From Phallusia mammillata (Eukaryota): a stretch of 64,000 bases of DNA. Position numbers and translations under genes: made by a program. Numbering within the stretch: the first letter of the stretch is position 1; the number at the start of each line of letters is the position of its first letter. The notes beneath the pieces are model-generated. The model made no database searches. It was not told the DNA's origin and saw only the letters and a program-made list of their open reading frames with translations. The DNA lies in the NCBI GenBank assembly GCA_965637545.1, contig OZ281500.1, positions 4,216,001-4,280,000 on the forward strand, in the 5' to 3' direction. Positions 1-11,839 of the stretch are shown here, in pieces.

Positions 1-209
1 CAAAAGTGTTCTAACAAGAAGTATTTTTTAAACATTTGACAGTTTGCTCACAAAGAAAATTGTTGCGCACCTCTGAACCATTTTTTGTGTGCTTTATTCT
101 AATTTTTTTCGCTATCCATCGTTTTTAGCTTTTGGTTTCAACAAGGATCATAGACACATTTTCAAAAACGATTTCCTTGCTTTTGTCATTGGGCCATATG
201 ACGTTAGTC

Positions 210-620
210 CAGTGGTTCCCAAACTTTTTCATATTTTTTTTAAAACGGTCCCTTTGCCATTTTTTCGAGGGCTCGCGGTCCTTAAACCTAAATGTGTATT
301 TCATAAAAACGAAAATTGATTGCAGGATTTTAGCTAGTTATGCAAAATTGCGCATAACAATCATCCAAAGACATCACAAACAAGACAAAAACCATTACGA
401 TTGTGCGCGAACAATTGCATTTTTGACAGTTGTCATTCAATAAAGGCCATTGTTTAGCAATGGAGCCAGTCGATTCTCAATTCTACTTTGATTTAAACAT
501 ATTTAGAGGCACAAACTGACGCCAAATAAGATTATGGAATTACTTCAACCGCTTCGCGGTCCCCCCAAAATTGCCTCACGGACCCCTAAAGGACCGCGGA
601 CCCCAGTTTGGGAACCGCTG
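210..620. mobile_element. Non-autonomous hAT-type MITE (411 bp)
   Basis: Terminal inverted repeats CAGTGGTTCCCAAAC (210-224) and GTTTGGGAACCGCTG (606-620), flanked by an identical 8-bp target-site duplication CGTTAGTC (202-209, 621-628). No transposase ORF. Confidence 0.9.
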
Positions 621-1109
621 CGTTAGTCCAAAAATATACATTGGGTGATGGTGTTTTTAGTTTTTATGCAACTTGTTTACAGAAAATTAAGTTGCCTGGT
701 AAACCTACCAGTATTTTGTCAAGCTGAATAACAAAATCTATGTTTTTCTTGATAATAGTAGTCAAAATGTTCTCAATTGCTTGTTGTTTGGGTTCTTTTG
801 CAATCATTAACTTGTCTCACACATTATATGCCTCCAAAATATTTGCAATAATTATGTTATACAGGTTTGAACCTGTAAGTCTCTCAGTTTTATGTAGGCT
901 AGATCTTATGGAGTACTTTGTAAAGGCAAAGGAAAAATGCTCTTTGCAGATTAGAGAAAGGCAAGTTTTGTTGTTTTGCTTTGTTTACTTTATTGTTGGT
1001 AAACGTATAGTTAAATAATACTGGTAAAACATTGTATTACGTTTGGGTCAATATGCCGGCGGCTGCTTACAACTGAAAATTATTTTGTGTGTGTAAGCCT
1101 ACCTCAATT

Positions 1110-2196
1110 TCATAAACTCCGCTTAAAGTACTTGATTCTTTTCCATTCGTGTTTTCCACCCGAAACGTGTCTTGGCAAAACGTAGGCAGACACATTGAAT
1201 TTAAAAGGTTCTTGCCTATTAATGTTGTTGAATTCTTTGATCCAGTTCTAGGGCATTCGACTCACTTTCGTTAAAAATGATTGATTGGGCAAGTAGTTTG
1301 TGCAGAAGAAACGAAAAGATATGCCATGCAAATAAACCTATTCACTTACTGGTGTTTTAACTGTTCCCATGTTCAGTTCTTTTACCTCACAAACAGTTTC
1401 ATAAGCATCAGTTGAACCAGTTTTATCCATCATCAAGATATCAAACGCAATTATGTCTCCGTTAGCTCCACTAACAGCACTGACTAAACGTTTGTTTCCT
1501 AAATAGATATCTGCTAAAAATATGTTTGTGAACTTTGAAAGCTTCGCATTTGTGTTTGCTTACGATAGTTATTGCTCATTTCAAGTGAAAAAAAGTAAAA
1601 TAACAATTGGCATTTTTACCACAAAAATCAAACTTTATCAACTTTATAGAGCTCTTCTGACAATTGTACTTTGCACCGGCGTTACGACGTCCTATACAGG
1701 TCGCCTTCATCAGGGTAAAATTATCCCTGGCAGCAACAGCTTATACTGTATAAACAAACTCATATATTCGATATCTGCAAAACTGGCCATTATTTTTATT
1801 TTAAGTATTCTTCCCATTAGCGCAGGTTGTTACATAACGCAAAAAATTCTGAGCAATTTTAGTTTTTACACTGACAAACGTCCCACAAGGCCACTTTTCT
1901 TGTGCTTCAGCAGCTGGTAGGTTTTGCGTTTCTTCATCTTTAACACTGGCCAGGGTTCCACCATTCTGTATACATGCGTTGTATGCACCAGACCAGTTCT
2001 GTGTGCTGGTAGATAATGTGTAAAATCGACTTTGGCACGATGTGGCAGATGACCCTACAAATATACAAATCCATTCGTGTGGAAAATGCTACATTGTCCT
2101 CTTAATAAATTAGGACATTTTTATAATACACGACTTACTCTGCATGAGTCAACAAAGCAGTGAACCTATTTCCAGTAATAAAATTATCGCCTCCAT
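1110..2196 (-). pseudogene. Probable pseudogene: secreted protein with a partial C-type lectin domain plus an unrecognised C-terminal domain
   Basis: Phase-compatible GT/AG exons 2196-2139, 2054-1880, 1774-1620, 1510-1350, 1247-1110. Exon 1 is signal-peptide-like (MEAIILLLEIGSLLC*LMQ) with an in-frame TGA at 2151-2149. Exon 2 reads SCQSRFYTLSTSTQNWSGAYNACIQNGGTLASVKDEETQNL, the N-terminal half of a CTL fold. Exon 3 has an in-frame TAA at 1743-1741. Exons 4-5 are open (IYLGNKRLVSAVSGANGDIIAFDILMMDK...TP|NWIKEF...KRSL*). Confidence 0.55.
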
Positions 2197-2552
2197 TTTT
2201 GCATAAACTATTTCTCATTTTTGCTTAGACAAATCATCTTGCACATGCAGCAGTTGTTTTCCTTTATCTTGCGGTCTTTCTTGTTGACGTTTGGTTACAA
2301 TTGATCCCACACATAATGTTCTTTTGTACGTTGGCAAAAGAGTTATCTTCTTGAATGTATAGCCTACTTTGGTAGTTGTTTAAGCTGTTGTCAAATACGT
2401 TGCTTGAAATTATTGACCAGCGTATTCTGTTTATCATGCAATTAACCAAAGTTGTAATACCGTTTGCTCACATTGTTACATATTGAAAAGACGAAAAGTA
2501 CATTTCATTTTTTATTGGCAACTTTTAATATATTTGTAACAAACACGAAAAT

Positions 2553-5500
2553 TTAAAGAACACTTTCCTTCATATTATCTACAAGCGCAAACGTAATTTT
2601 CCTAGTATCAATTATTTCAGCAGAGGTTGTATTTTCGATCTTGTTCGTTTCGTTGCTGGAACTATCTTTTTCGTTGTCAACTACGTCATCATGTGATGAC
2701 GTGGCAAACGTGACGTGTGGACGAACAAAGCCGTTCAACTTTTTCTTTCTCATAGCAGCGTTGCCGTTCTTTACACGTCTGTTGCTTGGTGAATCAGCTG
2801 TCAGTAAATTTCCTGTAGATTTCAGGTAATATGAAATTAGTACAGGTTTGACCATTTGTTGCGACCAATAAAGCAAAGCAATTAGAAAAATTACAATTAA
2901 TATACAGAAACAACCTAACTAAGCATATTCAGGGGTCACCAAACTGATCTCGCGAGAGTATTGGACTTAATATTTATATTGGAAAACTAAATATTGAATT
3001 AACCGTTAAAAGATAATTAACAGTGACAACATTTCTGCAACAACATGTAGGATTAATTGCATTTAGTTGAACAGGACACATAAATGATTCGAAGGCCGTT
3101 TGTTACATCATAGATAGATAATACTAAAAGTATGAATTTCTTCGTTACTGTGCGCAAACAAATACAAATTATATATTGTGCGCAAAAAAAAAAATATATA
3201 TATATATTTTTTAAATCCCAAAAATTCTTGACACTAGCACTTGTTGCTCCCGCTAAGGCTCTTCGCGGACCACAGCTTAGAACGGCGTTAGGGCTTGCAA
3301 GCTATGTGTCATTCGCATGTTATTTTTAATATTATCTGGCATTGGCACGCCGTGAAAAGGTACCCGCTTTAAAACGGTTGTTATACCTAGTGTGTGTGAG
3401 GCTTTATACTATTAACAACACGTTATACTATTACACTTTAAGCCAGAACTTTTATTTATCCAGGCATGAAAATAGCTTTCAACTTTTGTCCAACTACATT
3501 TGTGGCAACAATTAAAATGTTTAAACTGACCTATACTGGAAGTGCTTCTGATGGAACCATTTATGTCGAGGGATGCTTTTGAGGAGTTTCTTCCCACATA
3601 AAATCTCGCAGCATCGCTAGCGTCGCTACTATTGCTGTCCACATATCCCATCTTCTTCTTGAACACATTCTTGAGGTTTGTGATGGCGTTTGAGTAAATA
3701 ATAGGATTCACGGCGCTGTTGATAGGTAGCAAAACGGTACCTGCAAATATTTTACAATTTTAAGTGGTAGGCTACTTCAATAATGACTTTAGTTAAACAA
3801 AATTACCAGTGATGTTGAATAAACGTAGACATTTTATTGAGCAAACGTTTCGACAAAAACTACTGTCATCAGTGAAAATGACAAATTGCTTAATAAAATG
3901 TTCACGTTTTATTTAACATTGCTGGCAATATTGTTTTTAGTAAAGCTCTGGTTCAAGTCCGTGTCTTGTGTACTTTTAATGACCGTTTTAGTTATCCTCA
4001 TTGCAGATATACAAACAAAATGTTTGTTTGTTTTCAATGGATTTAAGCCTTTCGGGCTACTACTTTTCAGGCATTACGCATTTAAGAAAGTTGAAATACC
4101 AGCTAGGATGCTGATTTACTGCTTGCATTCGTGCTTTAGTTGGTGGCACAGCTCATGTATTTTCATTTATTACTTACCGGTCAGTCCGTGTACGATAGGG
4201 TGGACGTCGTGACCAGAGATACGAACAATAAATATGATGCACACAGGAAGCCAACATGCTAAATCTGTCATTACTGCAAAATATTAAGATTGTCAGTAAA
4301 AGTTCCCAAAAAAATTCAGACCAAATATTACAAACAATTAACCCAATTTGTTGATTCACAAACACAAATATAACTGCGATATTAGTAAAATATTGAATTT
4401 TATAAACTTTTAAGCATGTAGCGTCTACTTGATGAGCAATTGACAGAAGCTAAGGCGCTACTCATTTTGGACAGGGCAACAAAACAATTTCTACAATTGC
4501 TGAAACGACGTTATTATGATAAATATGCTCCTGTCAAATTTTTATCCATTGGCATACAATGTTTCCCTTAACTTTTCATGTGTTAGAGTATAACCTACAT
4601 ACAAGCTTTCTGGGCACATCGAGAGCCACTGCTAGCAACATTAAATTTGCACGTCCTATTATATACTCGGGTTTGATTTTTCTTGTGCGTTGAGATGTGC
4701 ATTTGCCCAACCTTACTATCGCGCAACTAGGAGGAAACATTGTTATCATATTTACCCAAGCACATGATTTTCTTTTGCATCGTTCTGTTGTCTCTTCTCC
4801 ACTGCCTCGACCTTCTTCGTACGCTTTTCCGCACCATGGGTTTAGACGACTTCTTGTAAATCACCAGATAGGCGATGAAAATATAAACGAACGCGAGAAA
4901 GTTGAACGCTATGATTGAGGCCATGTACAACCACGCGGTGTCGCCAGCGTCCGGGTAGAAAAATGGCTGGCAAGTTGAAAACTGGTTGTAAAAACCTAGA
5001 TGTAAATAGTTCGTGGTGGCATAACGAAAAGATCTGGAGTACTGAAATTTTGCTGCTAAACAGTTTTGATTGACAAGTGGAGAACTTTTCGTCGCACTTT
5101 TATGGCGAGCCAAGGAAGACTTATTTTAATACTTTTTCAACAACAGCAGCTACTTAAAAAGGGGGCCTCCTTTTCTCAATGACAATAGATGCATGGGTTA
5201 GAACATTTGAAAATGGCCAAGTTACAATCAAAGTATGGATTATAACTACCTATTGGAACTACATACTGATCTCCCCACGACGGGTAGATCATCGGAAGAT
5301 TTAAATTGTTCACGTACTCGATCATGGTCTTCCATCGCAGAGCTGTAAATCAAGTCAAGGCAACATGAATTAAGACTTAAGAAGTATAAACAATTCACTT
5401 TCTGGACTGCACAGCATTGAATATTAGGCACAATGCTAAATTTGTTTTCACAAAGTTCGGGACCAGGGTCTATTCCAAGCGTTCGATCAGGATTTTTATG

Positions 5501-8500
5501 CTTGTGTATGAGTCCAGCGTTAGTAAATTTGTTAAAATTTACAAAGCAAAAGCATTTAATGTTCAACCCAATCTCATAACATATGCAATATAAAGCTTCA
5601 ATGCACATAAGATATATTTCTGATGTTTAAAAACAAACACGCACTCATGGTTAAAAACATACATAGTGAATACATTTTTATTTGGGACTTCCCTGTTTTT
5701 AGTATTAGAGTATAAGTAAAGAGAAAAAACTTCTTATCACAAAACCGTTCTTGAAAACTAACTCATTAAAAGTTTGTTTAAGACCTTGTGGGTTTGCAAT
5801 TGACTTTTACATTTTTTTACCTGGTAACGTGGAGTTTGTGCTGGAATTTACTGAGAGGGTGTGAATCCCAAGTACGAGTTTTTTCATTTGAGATTTGTTC
5901 ACGAAGTCGAAGTTAAGAAAGGATGCGGGTAGCCAATAACTTACAACGAAGTAATCGTTCAATACCCGGGCCTGTGACACAAAGATAAGCTAAATACAAA
6001 AAAAGAATACGTAAAAAACACTACTTGAGTCCACATATTATGGCTTGAATCAGATAATGAAATTGGATATCGTATGTGAATTTTGACAGTTGCATGTCAT
6101 TTTATGAAACATTTTAGCCTACTAATTCACACAAGCTTACAAAACTAAATGCAACAAAAAAATATCGAAAGAATATTTACAATGTTACACTACTGCCTAG
6201 CTAAACACTAACTACCAAATTAATAGTTAAAAGTTGTAGCTTAAAAAGCGGTTCGCGTACAATCCAATATATATTGCTTTTGTACAATTTTACCTGCGGC
6301 GTAAAGGCAACGACTATTGATGTTATCCAAGAAATTGAGGCAAGCGTCGCAGCTCCACCAATCAGACGCGATTCTTCAACGCGAAACGGTTGTAGCGTTC
6401 CGTACAGCCTGTATGACGTCATCAGTAGAAGTATAAACACCGAAGTCTGCGCCGAGACTTGAGTGAGGATTCCCATCGCTGTACAGACCCTACTGGTCCT
6501 GTAATTTCTGTCGTGGACACAGAAACTGAAAAACAAACATCTGGCTTTGGTCTTGGTTTAAAATATTTGTTAGCAGAACAGTAATTTGTAGTTGTTCACA
6601 AGGAGCTCTGGTTTATTCTCTTTGAAGAAACAAACGCAGGAAGCAACTGCTAATTATGTTTAGCTGCATCAGAATTTTTTGAGGTTTCATTGTAAGTTAC
6701 AAGGTCATCACCACAAAAAAGTATTTTGTGCACTCACGATGCTATTTAAAAACTAAAATACACAACACAACTTTGCAAGCCTTCATAACAACTAACCTGT
6801 CGTAATACATGACATTCTGAACTCCCAGCATAAGTAAATAAATTCCCATCAGCAGATCAGCGAACGCCAGATTTAAAACAAACGTTCTGTTGCACTTGGC
6901 CAGTCGTCCCAACTTGTCGGCGTGACGATCCTTCCAAAGCTCTTGTGACGTCATCACTATGACGACAATGTTTCCGAAGAGAGCTGGTACCAGGAGAATC
7001 CACACGATTGTAAGGAGAAAGGGGTTTCGGATGACTTGGTCGTTGTACGCGTATGTGGTGCTGAGAGTCATGTGGAAAAGGGAAGGGCATTCGTCGCTCC
7101 CGTATTGACAGTCACGTACTCCATCGTAGCGCTGTGACCAGTTGACAAACAGCACATCGCCTTCTACAAAATAAATGCGATTTACTTTAGCAAACCACTT
7201 GAATCACGGATATTACAGTTTTAGCTTGTTGCGCTGGTAACAACATCTTTTCAACATGCTGTCAAATACTTCAGTATTGGCATGCTGGGTTATTGACGCC
7301 ATAAAGAGATATTTTGTCGCAATTTTCGGTCATTTAGTTCAGTAAACTGGTGAAAAAACACATAAATATTTTTCATTGTGCCTTCTGAATTGGCTTATGT
7401 ATGCTTGTTTAGATTGTTTGTTAATGGCTTGACAAATTCTTAAAGTGATTCATAATTTTGTCAACTAATTAAAAAAATATTTGGTTTCAATCAAAACTTT
7501 TTTCCTATTTTATGTTAATAATATGGGTTGGCTTGGTTAGCGCAACACTTGGCGGAGCTTAAATGCTTGTGACAACCCAAATAAATTCAGGAAACCGTAA
7601 AGCTGAGTCAGCATTTGTACTACCCTCCTACTCAAGTGTGTTCCGCTGAGTCATAATTAAAACCCCATATCCATGACTGAACCAATATTGTGTTTTCGCT
7701 AAAATGTCAATATTTGATGAACGCCTATCTATTGTACTTCGAGAGTTGTTGAAGTACGGAAGTTGTAATCTTCTTTACATCTTTATCATTCTGTCCAAAC
7801 AATATTTTTTTCCAGGACTGTGCCCATTCTTTAAACTCGCATATGGTGACTTTGAAACACAAAATATTAAGACTTTATGTTGATTCAAAAAAGGTTATTG
7901 CTGCCAGGCAATTTGATGTTGATCTGTTTGTCTAAAAAGGTTTATAAATGTCGAGTAATTTTTTTGTATGGTTCTCACAGAAATATATTTTTTTCTTAAT
8001 GGTATTTACTTCTTGTACACGAGAAAAACTCACTCCAACAGTAAAAATGATCCGATGTAGAGCATCCTTTCTCGTCGGTACCGTTGCCATAGCAATCGAT
8101 GACGCTGTCGCACACCTGATCGGACGGTAACCGGTCACTAACACCCGCTGTGCATTGAAAACCTCCGTCAATCACGTGATCACAAACGCTACTGTTCTGC
8201 CAACACTGGGAGGCGCACTCATCGGTGAAGTCACCACACGTGATGACGTCATCGCATGACGTGGCAATTGTTTGGTTTCCTGGAAGAAAAGAAATCAATG
8301 CGAGCCTTAATATATCAGTTGAAGACATGACATGGTAAATTATGGTTGTGTCTTTCTTAAATAATTCTCCGGAAAAGCATCGGACAAAATACCAGTGGAA
8401 ATAAAACATTTTTGTCATTAAAGTCGGGGGTACTCCTTGAGTTCTGTTTGATACTTGGTCTATAATGCTGGTAGTTTTTCCTGCGGTTCAAATCGTATTA

Positions 8501-11049
8501 GTTCTTGGGACAGTAGCGACTTTTTAACGATGCCTACCGTCGCATAAAACGTCTTTGATGCAATACAGCTCGTCTTCGCCATTCGGGCAATCTTTCATCC
8601 CGTCGCACACCTGATGAGGTTTCACACATGAGGAAGTTCCGTTAGTCAACGAACAGATGACGTCACCAACTCGACATGACGTACACGGGTCGTTTGGGGT
8701 GTCTAATCCTTCCTCTGAAGCCATACATACATGTGCACATATCGGGTTCATTTTATTCACTTGCAGTGGCACGGGCGCGTTGTTTTGGCATAAGCATTCG
8801 TCTGAAAGGTCTTCGCAGTCGATAATGCCATCGCATACCTAATTAAGAAGATTTAATTAATAGAACTTCGCTCAAACGGGCCTTTTTTATTTAGCTGAAT
8901 TCAGAGGAAAAAATGACTTGTTTACGGAGAAAATCGGGCTTATTCTGTGTAACGCACAATGATAGGATATTTTAAGCAAGATCATTTGACAGCAGTGCTT
9001 TTTCAGTTCTTATGTCTTATTCCATACTTATATTACAGCGTCTTTAACTTTTGCTGGGTTTGTTTACAACAAAATGCGACCAGCAATGTCCCCTATCTAT
9101 CACGTCTTCATTCGTACACCTTCGTCACAGTAACATAAAAAACATAAACGAAACAAATGAAAATGCTTTAAATGCCTTAATGTAGGAAAAACACACTTAC
9201 ACCACTTTGTGATCCGTAACGCTTTTCACAGTCAATCTTACATTTTTGCAAAAATCGTTTCTCACAACGCAAAGTATGCCGTATTTGGTTTCCCACGCAA
9301 TACGATTTCGCTTCCTAGTCGTATACAAGCAGGAAAATCAAACGCAATCCATCCTTTGCTATTTCCTATCACAAATTATTTTTCACTTTTGCGCCACAGG
9401 GGCGTCACATTTGGGAAATAGTCGGTGTAAAGTCACGCAATGTATTCTGCAAATCCCTAAAAAAACGTTTTCATTTATGTTTGGGTGCCGGTGGCCCAAT
9501 TACAAACTTTAATGTTTCGATGACAATGTAGAATGTTAAGACTATTGTCTGTTGTGTTTGTTGTCGAAGACATTTTTGCATAAGCTTCTTAAACAAACTT
9601 TGGGGCCAAAACGGGCTACTTAAAAAACGATTTGGGTTTGGGCATGTACAGGTTTTTTTTAAGGTTTGGTTTGGGTGACCGCTAAGTAGTTTTAAGAGAC
9701 CGCAAGTATTTCATTTAAATACCAAAAAATAGCCATATTTGCTTAAACGAATTATTTATTAGGCCACTGGCAAATTTTGGGAAACCGCTAGAGCCCAAAA
9801 CACTGGGCATGTATACTCTCGGGTTCGGGTCGGGTTACGGCTCCAATTCCAGGCCCGTTTACAACCCTATGGGCGCCACATACCTGAGTGACGGCAATCA
9901 CGTGCTTATTGTCAAGGCAACGGAAGCAATTGCTGCCAATCAGACGTTGATGTTGGTCGAAGCAGTGATCGAGATCGTTGTGGCAATAAGTCACGTCCGC
10001 GTCTGCCACCAGCTCTTGTGGTAACACGCATTTTCTGTGTAGACAACACAAGCATAATGAGTTTCTGTTTCGACGCAACAACATGGGGAATACAAAGCGT
10101 TACAAATAAAAACTGCTACAACCATCTTTACATGTCGTGATTGACACAAATCTTTCGAATTGAAAAAATCGTGGCGTAACACTCCACTAAACATAACTTG
10201 GCCATTTTTTTGACTTGTTGTAGGTCTCGAAAACAGAAGTCGTAGTCATTTCAAAAACCACCACGTTTTATAGACCTAAATTAATGTATTGTAGTGATTA
10301 AATCACTAAACAACATAAATCTATTTTACTTTGTTACATCTATAGATGTACTGACATATATGTCAGTTTATGCATTGAGTGCTTGGGTTTATATAAGTTT
10401 AAAACCAGCCATATTGAATTGTGTTTTTATTGATTTTTTGTTAATTAATCTCACAACCCTTCGGGTTTTAGATATTACCTTCCAGACGCTTGAACATATT
10501 TTCGAGTAATTGTAACATAGTCCAGTTTTCAGTTGTCTGCGGTTAATTGCCACACAACGATCTTATAGGAGGAAACCCAGCACCCTGTTAACGATTCTCC
10601 CAAACCGATGACATAAATTTGTTACCAGGCATTCAAATTACGTCGAATTTTGCCCACCTCTTTCCGTTGATTTGACATTTAAAGCCTTTCCCGACGTAAT
10701 TCTCATCAGTTCCGTCCGCGCAGTCTCTGACCCCGTCGCAAAATGCACTGATGGGGATCTCCCTGGTTTCGTCTTGACACGTGACGTTACGCTTCAACGA
10801 TTTCGTGGCTGTTCCCCCAACAATTAGGATGGCGACAAGGAGGAGAACGCCTATAATACCAACATAATTGTGACAAAGCGTAGCGTATTTCTGTGTTACA
10901 TGGATAGCGCTAAGCATTCTGGTAGTTTGTCCACCATATTGTCCCCGAACTAACACCGGTTTTTGTGGTGTCGAATTATTACTGGCAATATCTAATATGA
11001 AAGCGCGTTTGTTGCAACAAACATGCCGGTAATGAGCCACGCTGTGCAT
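2553..11049 (-). CDS. LDLa-repeat class A GPCR (RXFP/GRL101-like 7TM, no LRRs), ~927 aa, 12 exons
   Basis: Exons 11049-10658, 10034-9884, 8838-8538, 8279-8010, 7163-6797, 6525-6294, 5971-5821, 5342-5267, ~5033-4756, 4273-4178, 3740-3531, 2812-2553. About 7 LDLa-like modules (CDGVRDCADGTDE, CDGIIDCEDLSDE, CDGMKDCPNGEDE, CDSVIDCYGNGTDE, YDGVRDCQYGSDE). 7TM motifs: GNIVVI (TM1), LNLAFADLLMGIYL (TM2), SYRL at the DRY position, TDLACWLPV (TM6), LPINSAVNPIIYS (TM7). The exon 8/9 junction is uncertain, and the last exon could be replaced by read-through to 3412. Confidence 0.85.
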
Positions 11050-11375
11050 TTTTTAGGCTGTTATACAAACGTGAATTATCGATTTTGCTGATGATAGATT
11101 GGAACGCAAGCGTTTCTTTCGTAGCTATAGAGTAGGTATCGTTTTAAATACGATTATACGGTTCTTTTACCCTTACTATTAACTTATTTTTTCAATGCGT
11201 CTAAAACATCTATTATTAACTTATTTTTTTCAATGCGTCTGAAACATCTATAAATGTAGGAACACAAACTTAAAGAGTTAGTGGCTTCACTAAACAAAAA
11301 ATTGCGAATAAAACGTATACATTTTTTCAAGCAGACGTTTGGACAAAAACAATTGCCATCATCGGTGAAATAGTG

Positions 11376-11839
11376 CAGGGCTTCTCAAACTGTGGACCCC
11401 AATTGGTGTCGCGTAATATAATTTTGGGGTCGCGAAACATTATGGGTTATTATGTCAGTCACAATAAATGGTATACGTGCGTATATTTATTGTTTAAACA
11501 TCATTCCCATGTAATCAAACTGCTCTAAACACATCTTGTAGAACTTAAAAAAGTATTACCAGCCTAGTAACCATATGCGCCAGACTTATTTATGCATATT
11601 GTGTACAAACAATGCGAAAAAGCAGATACCGCAAGCGTCACAATATAGATTATGACGTCATACAAACTAAGACTGTCAATCTGTGTATCAAGTTAGAAAT
11701 GAATTTAAGTTTTTCAGGCGACATAAGACGGTATATATATATAATATAAGTATTTCTTTTCATCATACCCATCAAGGGGTCGCGTAGAAATTTCTGTTTT
11801 AAAATGGGGTCGCAGAACAAGAAAGTTTGAGTAGCCCTG
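11376..11839. mobile_element. Non-autonomous hAT-type MITE (464 bp)
   Basis: TIRs CAGGGCTTCTCAAACT and AGTTTGAGTAGCCCTG with an identical 8-bp TSD AAATAGTG (11368-11375, 11840-11847); internal GGGGTCGC subterminal motifs. Confidence 0.9.

Noticed and set aside
3842-3875. Minus-strand CTGATGAC...TGTCGAAACGTT followed by AATAAA, resembling a Penelope-associated hammerhead remnant (similar GAAACGTT remnants near 39390 and 46630)
   Set aside because: The core overlaps stem II so the ribozyme cannot fold, and the match is too short to call an element.
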